DNA of 64,000 bases, from the NCBI GenBank assembly GCA_937863435.1, contig CALMES010000136.1:15238-79237 (forward strand). Direction: 5' to 3'. The DNA is from an uncultured Candidatus Peregrinibacteria bacterium (GTDB taxonomy: Bacteria > Patescibacteriota > Gracilibacteria > Peribacterales > Peribacteraceae). Each line of letters starts with the position of its first letter. Positions within the stretch are counted from its first letter, which is position 1. Position numbers and translations under genes: made by a program. This document shows, piece by piece, positions 39,048 through 47,839 of the stretch. The notes under the pieces were generated by a model. It did not search any database, was not told where the DNA came from, and saw only the letters and a program-made list of their open reading frames with translations.

Positions 39048-40364
39048 ATGTCACGCCACGGTACAAGCATTACTCATCACAAGAGCAGGCATCCGGCCGA
39101 TCTCAAGATTGCCTGGATCGACATCGATATGCTTCGTCCAGCTGCCTACAATCCGCGTACTCACAATGAGGCGCAGGAAGAACAGCTCACCGAGAGCATC
39201 GATGACTTCGGTGCCGTTGAACCTCTCGTCGTGAATGGTGCTAAAAATCGCCTGAATATCGTCATCGGCGGACACTTCCGACTTAAGATATTCCGCAAAC
39301 TCGGATACAAGACCGTTCCGGTCGTCTACGTGAATATCCCGAATGTCGAACGTGAAAAGGAGCTCAATCTGCGTCTGAACAAAAACACCGGCGACTGGGA
39401 CTGGGATGCACTCAAGCAATTTGATACCGATTTCCTGAAGGACGTCGGCTTCGACGCCGGTGAACTCGCGCAGTTCTGGGATGGCGGGCTGGAAACTGAA
39501 GACGACGGTTTCGATGTCGAGAAAGAATTGAAGAAGATCGGGAAGCCCAAGACAAAACGCGGCGATCGGTACCAACTTGGCTCCCATGTTCTCCTCTGCG
39601 AGGATGCGACAAATCCGGAGGATGTGAAGAGACTCGTTGGTAAGACCCAAATAGATATGGTCTATTGCGATCCGCCATACAATATCGATTTGTCGTACGA
39701 CAAAGGAATCAGCAACAAAATGCGCTACGGCGGAAAGACGAAGGATAATAAGACGGAAGAGGAATATCGGCAATTCTTGTTGACGACACTCGTGAATGCA
39801 TTGTCTGTGAGCAAGCCCAACATGCATCTCTTCTATTGGTGTGACCAGAAATTCATCGGCCTCCTGCAGAGCATGTATCCAAGTCTCGGTGTCGATTTCA
39901 GGCGGGTATGCCTGTGGATCAAAAACAACCAGAACATGACGCCGCAGGTCGCATTTAACAAATGCTATGAACCTTGCATCTACGGCGTTCGTGGCAAGCC
40001 GTACCTGTCGCCGAGCATCCAGAACTTGAATGAAGTGGCGAACAAGGAAGTCGGCAACGGCAATCGGCTCATCGACGACATACTCGATATGATGGATCTG
40101 TGGATGTGTAAGCGGCTGCCAACCGTTGAGTACGAGCATCCCACGGCTAAACCCCCGACCCTTCACGAGAAAGCCATCCGACGTTGCACCAAGCCTGGGG
40201 ATGCCATTCTCGATTTGTTCGGCGGTAGTGGTTCGACATTGGTCGCCGCACATCAAATGAAACGACGGGCGTTCCTCTGCGAAATCGAGCCTATTTTTTG
40301 CGATCTTATCATCCGTCGCTTCGAGGCCGTCTCCGGCCAGAAGGCTTCCCTGCTCAAATCATGA
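39048..40364 (+). CDS. ParB-like nuclease domain fused to a beta-class N6A/N4C DNA methyltransferase
   Basis: ParB/Srx N-terminus (IVIGGHFRLKIFRKLGYKTVPVV), motif IV MVYCDPPYNI, motif I DLFGGSGST. Confidence 0.85.
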   Translation: MSRHGTSITHHKSRHPADLKIAWIDIDMLRPAAYNPRTHNEAQEEQLTESIDDFGAVEPLVVNGAKNRLNIVIGGHFRLKIFRKLGYKTVPVVYVNIPNVEREKELNLRLNKNTGDWDWDALKQFDTDFLKDVGFDAGELAQFWDGGLETEDDGFDVEKELKKIGKPKTKRGDRYQLGSHVLLCEDATNPEDVKRLVGKTQIDMVYCDPPYNIDLSYDKGISNKMRYGGKTKDNKTEEEYRQFLLTTLVNALSVSKPNMHLFYWCDQKFIGLLQSMYPSLGVDFRRVCLWIKNNQNMTPQVAFNKCYEPCIYGVRGKPYLSPSIQNLNEVANKEVGNGNRLIDDILDMMDLWMCKRLPTVEYEHPTAKPPTLHEKAIRRCTKPGDAILDLFGGSGSTLVAAHQMKRRAFLCEIEPIFCDLIIRRFEAVSGQKASLLKS

Positions 40365-41134
40365 AGACCAACGCCATCACTATCGGCTCGGTCTTCCGAC
40401 TCGGAGACCACATACTCGGCTGCGGCGACAGTACGGACGCCGCGTTTGTCTCGCGCGTAATCGCAAAAACCAAGATCAACCTGATCCTTACCGATGTTCC
40501 GTATGGCGTCGCCTACGTTGAAGGCAAAGAAGAATTTCACAAGGGTAAAACCAAACATGTCGCTATCGCCAATGACCATGCGCAAGGAGACGACGAATAT
40601 CGAGCGTTCACTCGCAAGTGGTTGGAGGCCGTCCTTCCGTTCTTGGCTCGGAAAAATGCGCTGTATTGCTTCAACAGCGACAAGATGATTTTCGCTCTCC
40701 GTGAAGGAATGCAGGATGCAGGTTGGCACTTCGGCCAGCTCATCGTGTGGATCAAAAACCAAGCGATCCTTGGTCGGCTGGACTTCATGCCCCAGCACGA
40801 ACTGCTGGCGTATGGCTGGCATGGTGCTCATCAATTTTACAAGTCCAAGGACAAGAGCGTTATCGGGTACCCCAAGCCCTCCCGCAGCCGCTATCACCCT
40901 ACCGAAAAACCGATCGGCCTCCTGCGGCATCTGCTGCTCAACAGCTCACGGATCGAAGACACCATCTACGACCCGTTCCTCGGTTCCGGCTCGACACTCT
41001 TGGCAGCAGCGCAGACGAAGCGGCGATGCATCGGTATCGAACTTGATCCCAAGTACTGCGCGGTCGTGATCGAACGATTCCAGAAACTCACCGGTATCGA
41101 TGCCGAGGTACTTCCTTCCCCCTCCCGATCATGA
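40361..41134 (+). CDS. DNA methyltransferase (beta-class), variant motif IV
   Basis: Motif IV reads LILTDVPYG (DVPY instead of D/N/S-PPY). HPTEKP, motif I DPFLGSGST. An ATGA overlap with the upstream stop. Confidence 0.8.
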   Translation: MKTNAITIGSVFRLGDHILGCGDSTDAAFVSRVIAKTKINLILTDVPYGVAYVEGKEEFHKGKTKHVAIANDHAQGDDEYRAFTRKWLEAVLPFLARKNALYCFNSDKMIFALREGMQDAGWHFGQLIVWIKNQAILGRLDFMPQHELLAYGWHGAHQFYKSKDKSVIGYPKPSRSRYHPTEKPIGLLRHLLLNSSRIEDTIYDPFLGSGSTLLAAAQTKRRCIGIELDPKYCAVVIERFQKLTGIDAEVLPSPSRS

Positions 41135-41610
41135 ACAAGAATCAAAGCGTCATCGATGCTCGTAAAGCCCGCGAGCAGGCGGTACTTCTCGAACAACTGC
41201 GAAAAATGCCGATCGTTCAGATCGCATGTGAAAAATCCGGTGTATCGCGTGCCACGTACTACCGATGGAAAAAGGAAGATGAGCAATTCGCCGCCGCGGC
41301 CGACGAGGCATTGTTCGACGGGACGGCGTTAGTAAGTGATATGGCCGAAAGCCAACTGCTAGCACAAATACGTGACAACAACCTCGGCGCGATCATGTAC
41401 TGGCTCAAACACCGGAATCCGAATTACAACAACCGCCTCGAAGTAACGGCCAAGCTCAAGCATGAAGACGACAAACTCACGCCCGAACAGGAAGCCGCGA
41501 TCACCGAGGCACTCAAACTTGCATCCCTTGCAACCGACGAGGGCGCATCTACTACTCCTTCATCCAACTCGAGCAATGCAACCACCGAAGAAAACATCAC
41601 CGGAAAATGA
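41131..41610 (+). CDS. terminase small subunit-like HTH protein
   Basis: HTH IACEKSGVSRATYYRWKKED, and its position immediately 5' of TerL. An ATGA overlap with the methyltransferase stop. Confidence 0.55.
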   Translation: MNKNQSVIDARKAREQAVLLEQLRKMPIVQIACEKSGVSRATYYRWKKEDEQFAAAADEALFDGTALVSDMAESQLLAQIRDNNLGAIMYWLKHRNPNYNNRLEVTAKLKHEDDKLTPEQEAAITEALKLASLATDEGASTTPSSNSSNATTEENITGK

Positions 41611-41611
41611 G

Positions 41612-43204
41612 ATGCGTTCGCAGATGCTCAAGGATCGGAAGTACCGCCGTGAGGTGGTGCGGCAGAGCCACTACTGGTTCTTCCATTTTTATTTCTGGCA
41701 CTACGTCAAACATCGCACGGCGCAGTTCCAGCGTGAAATGTTCAAGATGACCGAGAACGAACTGTTGCGGCTCATCGCCATCACCGCGTTTCGCGGGTCG
41801 GGCAAGTCAACCATCATGAACATGTCGTTCGTGCTTTGGGCGATCCTCGGTGTCCGACAGAAAAAATTCGTCCTGATCGTCGGCCAGACACAAGCACAAG
41901 CCAGGCAACATCTGCGCAACATCAAAGAGGAACTGGAGAACAATAAAATACTGAAAGCCGATCTCTGGCCTTTCCATCCGGAAGAGGATGAGTGGCGTAA
42001 CAGTTGCCTGATGGTAACCAGTTACGGCGCGAAGATCATGGCGGTCAGCATCGATCAGGCCGTACGTGGGCTTCGACATGGTCAGTACCGGCCGGACTTG
42101 ATCATCTGCGATGACATCGAAGATCTGGATTCGGTGAAGACGCTCGAAGGCCGCGACAAGACCTATCGCTGGGTCAAAGGCGAACTCTTGCCGGCCGGTG
42201 ATACCAATACCACCACTGTTTTTATCGGTAACCTGCTCCACGAAGACTGTCTGCTCAAAAGGTTGCAACAGGAGATTGAGAGTGAAGCAACGGACTGCAC
42301 ATACCGTGAATATCCTCTTATAGATCTTGAGGGACGCTGCCTGTGGCCGGGCAAATACAAAAACGCGGCGGCGGTTGAATCTGAGCGTAAACGCATCGGC
42401 GATGCCAGCGCGTGGCATCGCGAATATCTGCTCCGCATCCTGCCCGATCACGAGCGGCTCATTCACCGCGATTGGATCAAGTACTACGCCAGCCTTCCCT
42501 TGGAAGACAATGACGATCATCTGCGACTTGTTGCCACCGGCATCGATTTGGCGATCTCCAAAAATGACAGCGCCGATAACACAGCCATGGTCTCTGGGCT
42601 GGTCTACGGACATGGAGAGGATATGCGGATTTACATACTTCCGAACCCTGTGAACGAACGGCTGACATTTCTGGAGACAATTGATCGCTCCAAGGATCTT
42701 GCCGATGCCATCGCCAGAGGAGGCCGTCGGACAGTGCTGCACGTCGAAGATGTCGGCTACCAGCATGCTCTCATCGAAGAACTAGAGCGCGATGGCTTGC
42801 ATGTGATCGGCGTGCCACCCAAAGGGCAGGACAAACGCGCACGGCTCGCGCTCGTCACGCACCTCATCCAGTCCAGTCGGGTGTTGTTTCCCATGACGGG
42901 ATGTGACGCTCTCGTGACCCAACTCGTCGGTTTCGGCAGCGAACGCTATGACGATCTCGCCGACGCGCTGGCGATCTTGCTTCTGCCAATCCTCGAATTG
43001 CAGGGACACAGAAGCAATCTCGATATCCTCGAACTCAACCGGCGACTTCACAATCCTACGTTTGAGGAGGAACGCGCCGAGGCGCGTAAGCACGACAGAT
43101 TTTTCTATCCAGATCACAGCGATGATCGAAATAGCGGCGGCTATTCGGCGCTGCGGGGACTCGGGCCGCTGTCTCACGACAATATTCTCAACATGCAGTT
43201 CTGA
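41612..43204 (+). CDS. terminase large subunit-like ATPase/nuclease (copy 1)
   Basis: Walker A AFRGSGKST, Walker B LIICDDIED, and nuclease acidic motifs GIDLA, VEDVGYQ and YDDLADA. Confidence 0.75.
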   Translation: MRSQMLKDRKYRREVVRQSHYWFFHFYFWHYVKHRTAQFQREMFKMTENELLRLIAITAFRGSGKSTIMNMSFVLWAILGVRQKKFVLIVGQTQAQARQHLRNIKEELENNKILKADLWPFHPEEDEWRNSCLMVTSYGAKIMAVSIDQAVRGLRHGQYRPDLIICDDIEDLDSVKTLEGRDKTYRWVKGELLPAGDTNTTTVFIGNLLHEDCLLKRLQQEIESEATDCTYREYPLIDLEGRCLWPGKYKNAAAVESERKRIGDASAWHREYLLRILPDHERLIHRDWIKYYASLPLEDNDDHLRLVATGIDLAISKNDSADNTAMVSGLVYGHGEDMRIYILPNPVNERLTFLETIDRSKDLADAIARGGRRTVLHVEDVGYQHALIEELERDGLHVIGVPPKGQDKRARLALVTHLIQSSRVLFPMTGCDALVTQLVGFGSERYDDLADALAILLLPILELQGHRSNLDILELNRRLHNPTFEEERAEARKHDRFFYPDHSDDRNSGGYSALRGLGPLSHDNILNMQF

Positions 43205-43230
43205 TTTGAATTTCTTTCCAGTCGCTTTTT

Positions 43231-44730
43231 ATGAATACCGATACGCTGACACCGGATGTCCTGCTCGCAGTTGTCAAAGACCAGCATGTGCGCCGCACGC
43301 TCACGCGCCAAAGTCATTTGCTCTTCTTTCACATTTACTTTGGGCATTACGTGACGTGTCCGACTGCGCCGTTCCAGCGCGAGATTTTCAGCTTCACCGA
43401 AAATGATGAGCAGAAGCTTACAGCGATTACGGCTTTCAGAGGCTCAGCCAAGTCCACCATCGTGAGTTTGAGTTTTCCGCTGTGGGCGATTCTTGGTAAG
43501 CCAGGCGTGAAATTCGTGCTGCTCCTCGGTCAGACACAATCCCAGGCAAGGCAGCATCTGAAAAATCTGAAAGATGAGATAGAGCGCAACGAACTGCTGC
43601 GTAAAGACCTTGGACCGTTTGAAGAGCGTGAGGATGAATGGAATTCGTCGTCCATCGTCTTGCCGCTTCTCGGAGCACGCATCACAGCAGCATCGACCGA
43701 GACCAGCGTGCGTGGTATTCGCCATGGGCCGCACCGGCCGCAACTCATCATTTGTGACGACATCGAGGATCTGCAGTCGGTGAAAACCAAGGATGGCCGC
43801 GACAAGACCTATGGTTGGTTGATGGGCGAGGTCATTCCCTCCGGCGGACCCAAGACCCGTACATTCATCGTCGGCAACTTGCTGCACGAAGATTGTCTCC
43901 TCAAGAAATTCGAGCGGCACATCCAAGACGGTTCGATGGGCGGTATCTACCGCGAGTACCCGCTTCTTGCCGCTGACGGCAAAACGCTCTGGCCGGGGAA
44001 ATATCCGACTCCTGAAGCAATCGTCGAAGAGCGGTCACGCATCGGCAGCGAGGCGGCATGGCACCGTGAATTTCTGCTCAGAATCCTCTCCGACGCCGAG
44101 CGCGTCATCCACCCGCAGTGGATTCAGTACTACGACGAGTTTCCGATTGAACAAAAGGGGTGTCATCTCCACCACACAGGAACGGGCATCGATCTTGCCA
44201 TCTCTCTCAATGACAGTGCTGACTTCACCGCAATGGTCTCGGCCAGACTTTACTTCATCGATGGAAAAATCCGTATCTATATCCTGCCAAATCCGGTCAA
44301 CGAGCGACTTACCGCACTTGATACACTGGAGCGGGCAAAGCAGGTTGCAGACATCACGAAGGACTGCGGCACATCGAAACTCTACATCGAGGATGTCGGT
44401 TATCAGTCATCGCTTGTCGAACATCTTGAGCGCGAGAGCTACGAAGCAGAGGCAGTCAAAGTGAAAGGGCAGGACAAGCGGGCGCGTCTGGCACTTACCT
44501 CATATGCCGTTCAGTCCGGACAGGTTGTGTTCCCAAGGCAGGGAGCCGAGGATCTTATTAACCAACTCGTGAACTTTGGCATCGAACGTCATGATGATCT
44601 GGCCGATGCGTTCTCGCTGCTTGTTCTCAAAGCACTCGAAGAGCGGCAGACAAGTCTCGGGATTTGCGTAATCGGGTACGATGGCTCTATTCACGGGTGG
44701 GATAGCATTCGCGGCGAGTATTGGGAGTAA
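43231..44730 (+). CDS. terminase large subunit-like paralogue (copy 2) with an altered P-loop
   Basis: Collinear with copy 1 and, by eye, identical at roughly half of positions. Walker A reads AFRGSAKST, with Walker B and the nuclease motifs retained. Confidence 0.75.
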   Translation: MNTDTLTPDVLLAVVKDQHVRRTLTRQSHLLFFHIYFGHYVTCPTAPFQREIFSFTENDEQKLTAITAFRGSAKSTIVSLSFPLWAILGKPGVKFVLLLGQTQSQARQHLKNLKDEIERNELLRKDLGPFEEREDEWNSSSIVLPLLGARITAASTETSVRGIRHGPHRPQLIICDDIEDLQSVKTKDGRDKTYGWLMGEVIPSGGPKTRTFIVGNLLHEDCLLKKFERHIQDGSMGGIYREYPLLAADGKTLWPGKYPTPEAIVEERSRIGSEAAWHREFLLRILSDAERVIHPQWIQYYDEFPIEQKGCHLHHTGTGIDLAISLNDSADFTAMVSARLYFIDGKIRIYILPNPVNERLTALDTLERAKQVADITKDCGTSKLYIEDVGYQSSLVEHLERESYEAEAVKVKGQDKRARLALTSYAVQSGQVVFPRQGAEDLINQLVNFGIERHDDLADAFSLLVLKALEERQTSLGICVIGYDGSIHGWDSIRGEYWE

Positions 44731-44838
44731 TCAGGGCTTTCAGGCGATTTCAGGGCGAGGCAAGCGGGTCTTTCGCCTGGATACCGAGAGGGAGTTGCGG
44801 CATTGCTGTGGGTAGCTTATTTCCTACTCCTATTCCTT

Positions 44839-46215
44839 ATGACAACCGCAACTTTAAGCCGAAAATCGGCTATACCGGAACCCACGTACATCGATCTCAC
44901 ACCGAAACCGCAGCGAGCGGCGGGGGCAGCCCTCTACTGTTTGTACGCCAGAAAATCTTCGGAAGAGGATGAAAGACAAGCTCTTAGTATCGATTCGCAG
45001 ATCAAGGAAATGCTCGCCGTTGCGAAGCGGGAGAATTTGGAGATCGCAGAAATCCGGCGTGAAAGTCATTCGGCAAAGGCGTCGGGTGCCCGTCCCGTTT
45101 TCAAACAGCTACTCACGGACATCGCCATAGGGAAATTTACGGGGATTCTTACATGGGCACCGGATCGTCTGAGCAGGAATGCAGGTGACCTCGGGACAGT
45201 CGTTGATCTTATGGATCAAAAACTCCTCATTGATATCCGCACTCATAGTCAGCGATTCACCAATAATCCAAACGAGAAATTTCTTCTGATGATCCTCTGC
45301 TCACAGGCAAAACTTGAGAATGACAATCGAGGACTCAATGTGAAACGCGGACAGAAAACCAGAGTCGAAATGGGCTACCGGCCTTGTCTGACACCGCTTG
45401 GATATTTGCAAGAAAAACAAACCGGCAACGCCCGGAGCAAGGTAGTCATCGATCCGATTCGTGGACCGATCGTCCGGCAGATGTTCGAGCACGTTTCCCA
45501 GGGAGCAAGCGGACGCGTGCTGCAACAATGGCTCAACAAAGAGGTTCATTTCACCACGCGCAAAGGAAAGAAAATCACACTTAGCATGATCTACAGGATG
45601 CTCAGAAACACGTACTACACCGGTCGTTTTGAATATCCTGAGGGAAGCGGTAATTTTTACGACGGCGATTACGAGCCGCTTTTCTCAAAGAGACTCTTCG
45701 ACGATGTCCAAAAGGTCTTGGATCTCGCGCCGAAAAAAGAATGGGGTACGAACGATTTCCACTTCGTGAAGATGTTCACCTGCGGCGGGTGCGGATCGGG
45801 CGTCACGGCGGAGGAGAAGCACAAGTCGCTTAATGACGGCAGCATCAAGCGCTACATCTACTATCGTTGCACGCATAGCCGGAATTTGATGTGCAAGGAG
45901 CCATCGATCCGTGAGGATCACCTGATCGAGCAACTGACTGACCTCGTCGACATGATCGACCTCGACGAACTGGGGATGCGCGGAAAACTGGAAGATGAAG
46001 TGTCCCGGTTCAAGAAATTTTCCTCCGGTGTCCTCAGGCAAACGACCGACCGGACTGCGGAGGTGAACCGAGTCGATGTCCGGCAATACGCCAAATACAT
46101 CCTTCGGGAAGGAACGAAAGATGAGAAGCATGAACTGCTCGGATGCCTCAAGAGCAAGCTGATCCTGAGGGATGGGGCACTGGCACTTGAGAAGAAAATC
46201 AAGGGCAGAAAATAG
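44839..46215 (+). CDS. large serine recombinase
   Basis: Catalytic N-terminus YARKSSEEDERQALSIDSQ, DRLSRN, a recombinase domain and a zinc ribbon (CGGCGSG...YYRC). Confidence 0.9.
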   Translation: MTTATLSRKSAIPEPTYIDLTPKPQRAAGAALYCLYARKSSEEDERQALSIDSQIKEMLAVAKRENLEIAEIRRESHSAKASGARPVFKQLLTDIAIGKFTGILTWAPDRLSRNAGDLGTVVDLMDQKLLIDIRTHSQRFTNNPNEKFLLMILCSQAKLENDNRGLNVKRGQKTRVEMGYRPCLTPLGYLQEKQTGNARSKVVIDPIRGPIVRQMFEHVSQGASGRVLQQWLNKEVHFTTRKGKKITLSMIYRMLRNTYYTGRFEYPEGSGNFYDGDYEPLFSKRLFDDVQKVLDLAPKKEWGTNDFHFVKMFTCGGCGSGVTAEEKHKSLNDGSIKRYIYYRCTHSRNLMCKEPSIREDHLIEQLTDLVDMIDLDELGMRGKLEDEVSRFKKFSSGVLRQTTDRTAEVNRVDVRQYAKYILREGTKDEKHELLGCLKSKLILRDGALALEKKIKGRK

Positions 46216-46222
46216 CCATGGC

Positions 46223-46253
46223 GAACGTCCTCTATGAATGTGAGAGGACGTTC
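46223..46253. terminator. perfect 11-bp hairpin between convergent genes
   Basis: GAACGTCCTCT-atgaatgtg-AGAGGACGTTC. No clear U-tract follows on either strand. Confidence 0.45.
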
Positions 46254-46261
46254 TGCCGGTC

Positions 46262-47170
46262 TTATTTCTTGGCCTTCGGCTCGGCGTCGCGGGTCGGAAT
46301 CGTGCCACCAAAGATGTACTTGAACGACACGCTTGCCGTTTTGATGGCGGGATTGTCGGTACCAATCGTCTCGAACGGAGAGATTTGCCCGGGGAGAATG
46401 GGATTGTACTTGATCATCGCATCATCGCTTTTGATAAAATTATCGTCTTTATCATAGAAGCTCGCGACTACTTGTACTCCTTCCATTTTCTGCCCGCTGA
46501 TGTTCTTCACGGCTCCCTGAACTTTGTCGAAATCATACGACTTCGTGAAGTTGAAAGTCTGGAGTTCGAGAAGTGGAGCGTCATTCTGCGCTTGTTCTGG
46601 AGTGGTTGCTGATGGCGTATTCGATGCTGAAGGAGAGGACGAAGGAGTCGGAGCACTTGCGACAGCACCTGAGACAATAGCGAGGAGGAAAACCCCGACG
46701 ATCGAGAGGGCGACACCGTTTTTGTTGGAGAAGGTCTCGGGTTGATTCACGCCGGATGCCTCGGCTTTCTTGTCGTAACTGCTGGTGATCAAGTGCATGA
46801 TGATCCCTCCGATGAGGCCGATCACAAACATCAATCCTACGACGAATGTACCGCCGATTGCAGTGCCAATGGCGGCTCCGGCTTGCTCCGCATTGGAACC
46901 GGCATGCCCGACGACACGAGCACCAAGGACAAATGTATACACAACTGCGGAGATGGGGAGCAGAAAGAAGGCGAGTTCCGTCAGGCGGAGTAGTCGCTCA
47001 CTGATGTGATTTTTCTCGGTAAACTGCCACGCGCTCCAGATCATGACGAGCCAGATGGCGAGGAATCCGAAACCGAGGGCTTTGTTTCCGGTCATCAGAC
47101 CGTAGTTTTGAGTGAAGACGAGTGCCGGTAACAGCGCCAGCAGCACTTTGCGAAGAACATGGTTCTTCAT
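46262..47170 (-). CDS. polytopic membrane protein with a Ser/Pro linker and an extracytoplasmic FxLYD-like C-terminal domain
   Basis: Five or six TM helices, the linker APTPSSSPSASNTPSATTPE, and a beta-rich C-terminus (VVASFYDKDDNFI). An alternative start is at 47212. Confidence 0.6.
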   Translation of the reverse strand: MKNHVLRKVLLALLPALVFTQNYGLMTGNKALGFGFLAIWLVMIWSAWQFTEKNHISERLLRLTELAFFLLPISAVVYTFVLGARVVGHAGSNAEQAGAAIGTAIGGTFVVGLMFVIGLIGGIIMHLITSSYDKKAEASGVNQPETFSNKNGVALSIVGVFLLAIVSGAVASAPTPSSSPSASNTPSATTPEQAQNDAPLLELQTFNFTKSYDFDKVQGAVKNISGQKMEGVQVVASFYDKDDNFIKSDDAMIKYNPILPGQISPFETIGTDNPAIKTASVSFKYIFGGTIPTRDAEPKAKK

Positions 47171-47416
47171 AGGGAAGAGGGGGAAGAAGGGTAGAGCCGT
47201 CCCCTGGTACATCCCAAAAGGGACAACCCCGGAGGCAGGTCGCCCACATTCCCATGCCTGTCGGCACGTTCAGTGGCTGCGCAGGGTTGCCCCTTACGAC
47301 ACTGAAGTGCCAAATATGACAGGAGTATGAAAATACTGGGAACTGGGCGACAGACCCAATTTAGCTCACTTAGAAGCCATTGTGTAGCGGAGTTTGCGGG
47401 AACGGAAAGGGCTGTC

Positions 47417-47827
47417 TTACTCTCCTTTCTTTTGTTTCGCCTGAATAAGCCATGTTGAGTGCTCACGGGAAATCTGGCTTTCGCACCGTTCCGTGAGCAA
47501 CTGATCACCATTGGTTCCGGCATAGACACCGGCTTTTGATTTGAACATCTCCCTCTCATGCCTGAGTGATTCCGTTGTCGCGCGGTAATTGATCCATTTC
47601 TCTTGAGGCTTGAGAACGCCATCGAGAGCTTCAATCGAGATGATCAAGATGCCAATCAATCCAACGAGCCAACCCGACAGAGCTGAAAAATAACCCATAA
47701 AAATAAGGCAAGCAGAAATGACAATGGTGGCAATGCGGAATATGTAGAACAAGCGTTTGTTGGCTATACTCTTTTGGTCATACCACTGAATTTCTGGTTC
47801 CAGCCGTTGCTCAAGATAATCGCTCAT
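47417..47827 (-). CDS. SLATT / DUF4231-like 2-TM protein
   Basis: 136 aa with N-terminal QWYDQKSIANKRLFY, two TM helices (IFRIATIVISACLIFMGYF; WLVGLIGILIISIEAL), then WINYRATTESLRHEREMF. This matches the DUF4231/SLATT pattern from memory. Confidence 0.7.
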   Translation of the reverse strand: MSDYLEQRLEPEIQWYDQKSIANKRLFYIFRIATIVISACLIFMGYFSALSGWLVGLIGILIISIEALDGVLKPQEKWINYRATTESLRHEREMFKSKAGVYAGTNGDQLLTERCESQISREHSTWLIQAKQKKGE

Positions 47828-47839
47828 CGTGTTGAAGAA

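Larger units (their letters stand above)
37786..46253 (+). mobile_element. compact integrative element (approximate bounds) with a packaging module and a large serine recombinase but no virion genes
   Basis: Seven co-directional, tightly packed genes: orphan, ParB-MTase, MTase, TerS-like, TerL, TerL paralogue and serine recombinase. The ends were not determined. Confidence 0.55.

Noticed and set aside
39051-40256. Long antisense ORFs: 39051-40256(-), 41807-42766(-), 13445-14428(+), 30194-31138(+), 9216-10163(+), 54088-54957(-), 55633-56511(-), 32791-33501(+), and others.
   Set aside because: Each lies opposite a gene with unambiguous family motifs on the other strand and has no motifs of its own. 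These are shadow ORFs.
37786-46253. Interpreting the element as a complete prophage.
   Set aside because: No portal, major capsid, tail, lysis, repressor or replication genes are present anywhere in the 8.4 kb or its flanks.
47213-47293. Calling the element a cobalamin riboswitch.
   Set aside because: Only the 3'-half motifs (GCCACUG, GGGAA, GACCUGCC) are present. The conserved 5' half is not detectable by eye, and the downstream gene has no evident cobalamin link. It is kept only as an unclassified structured element.
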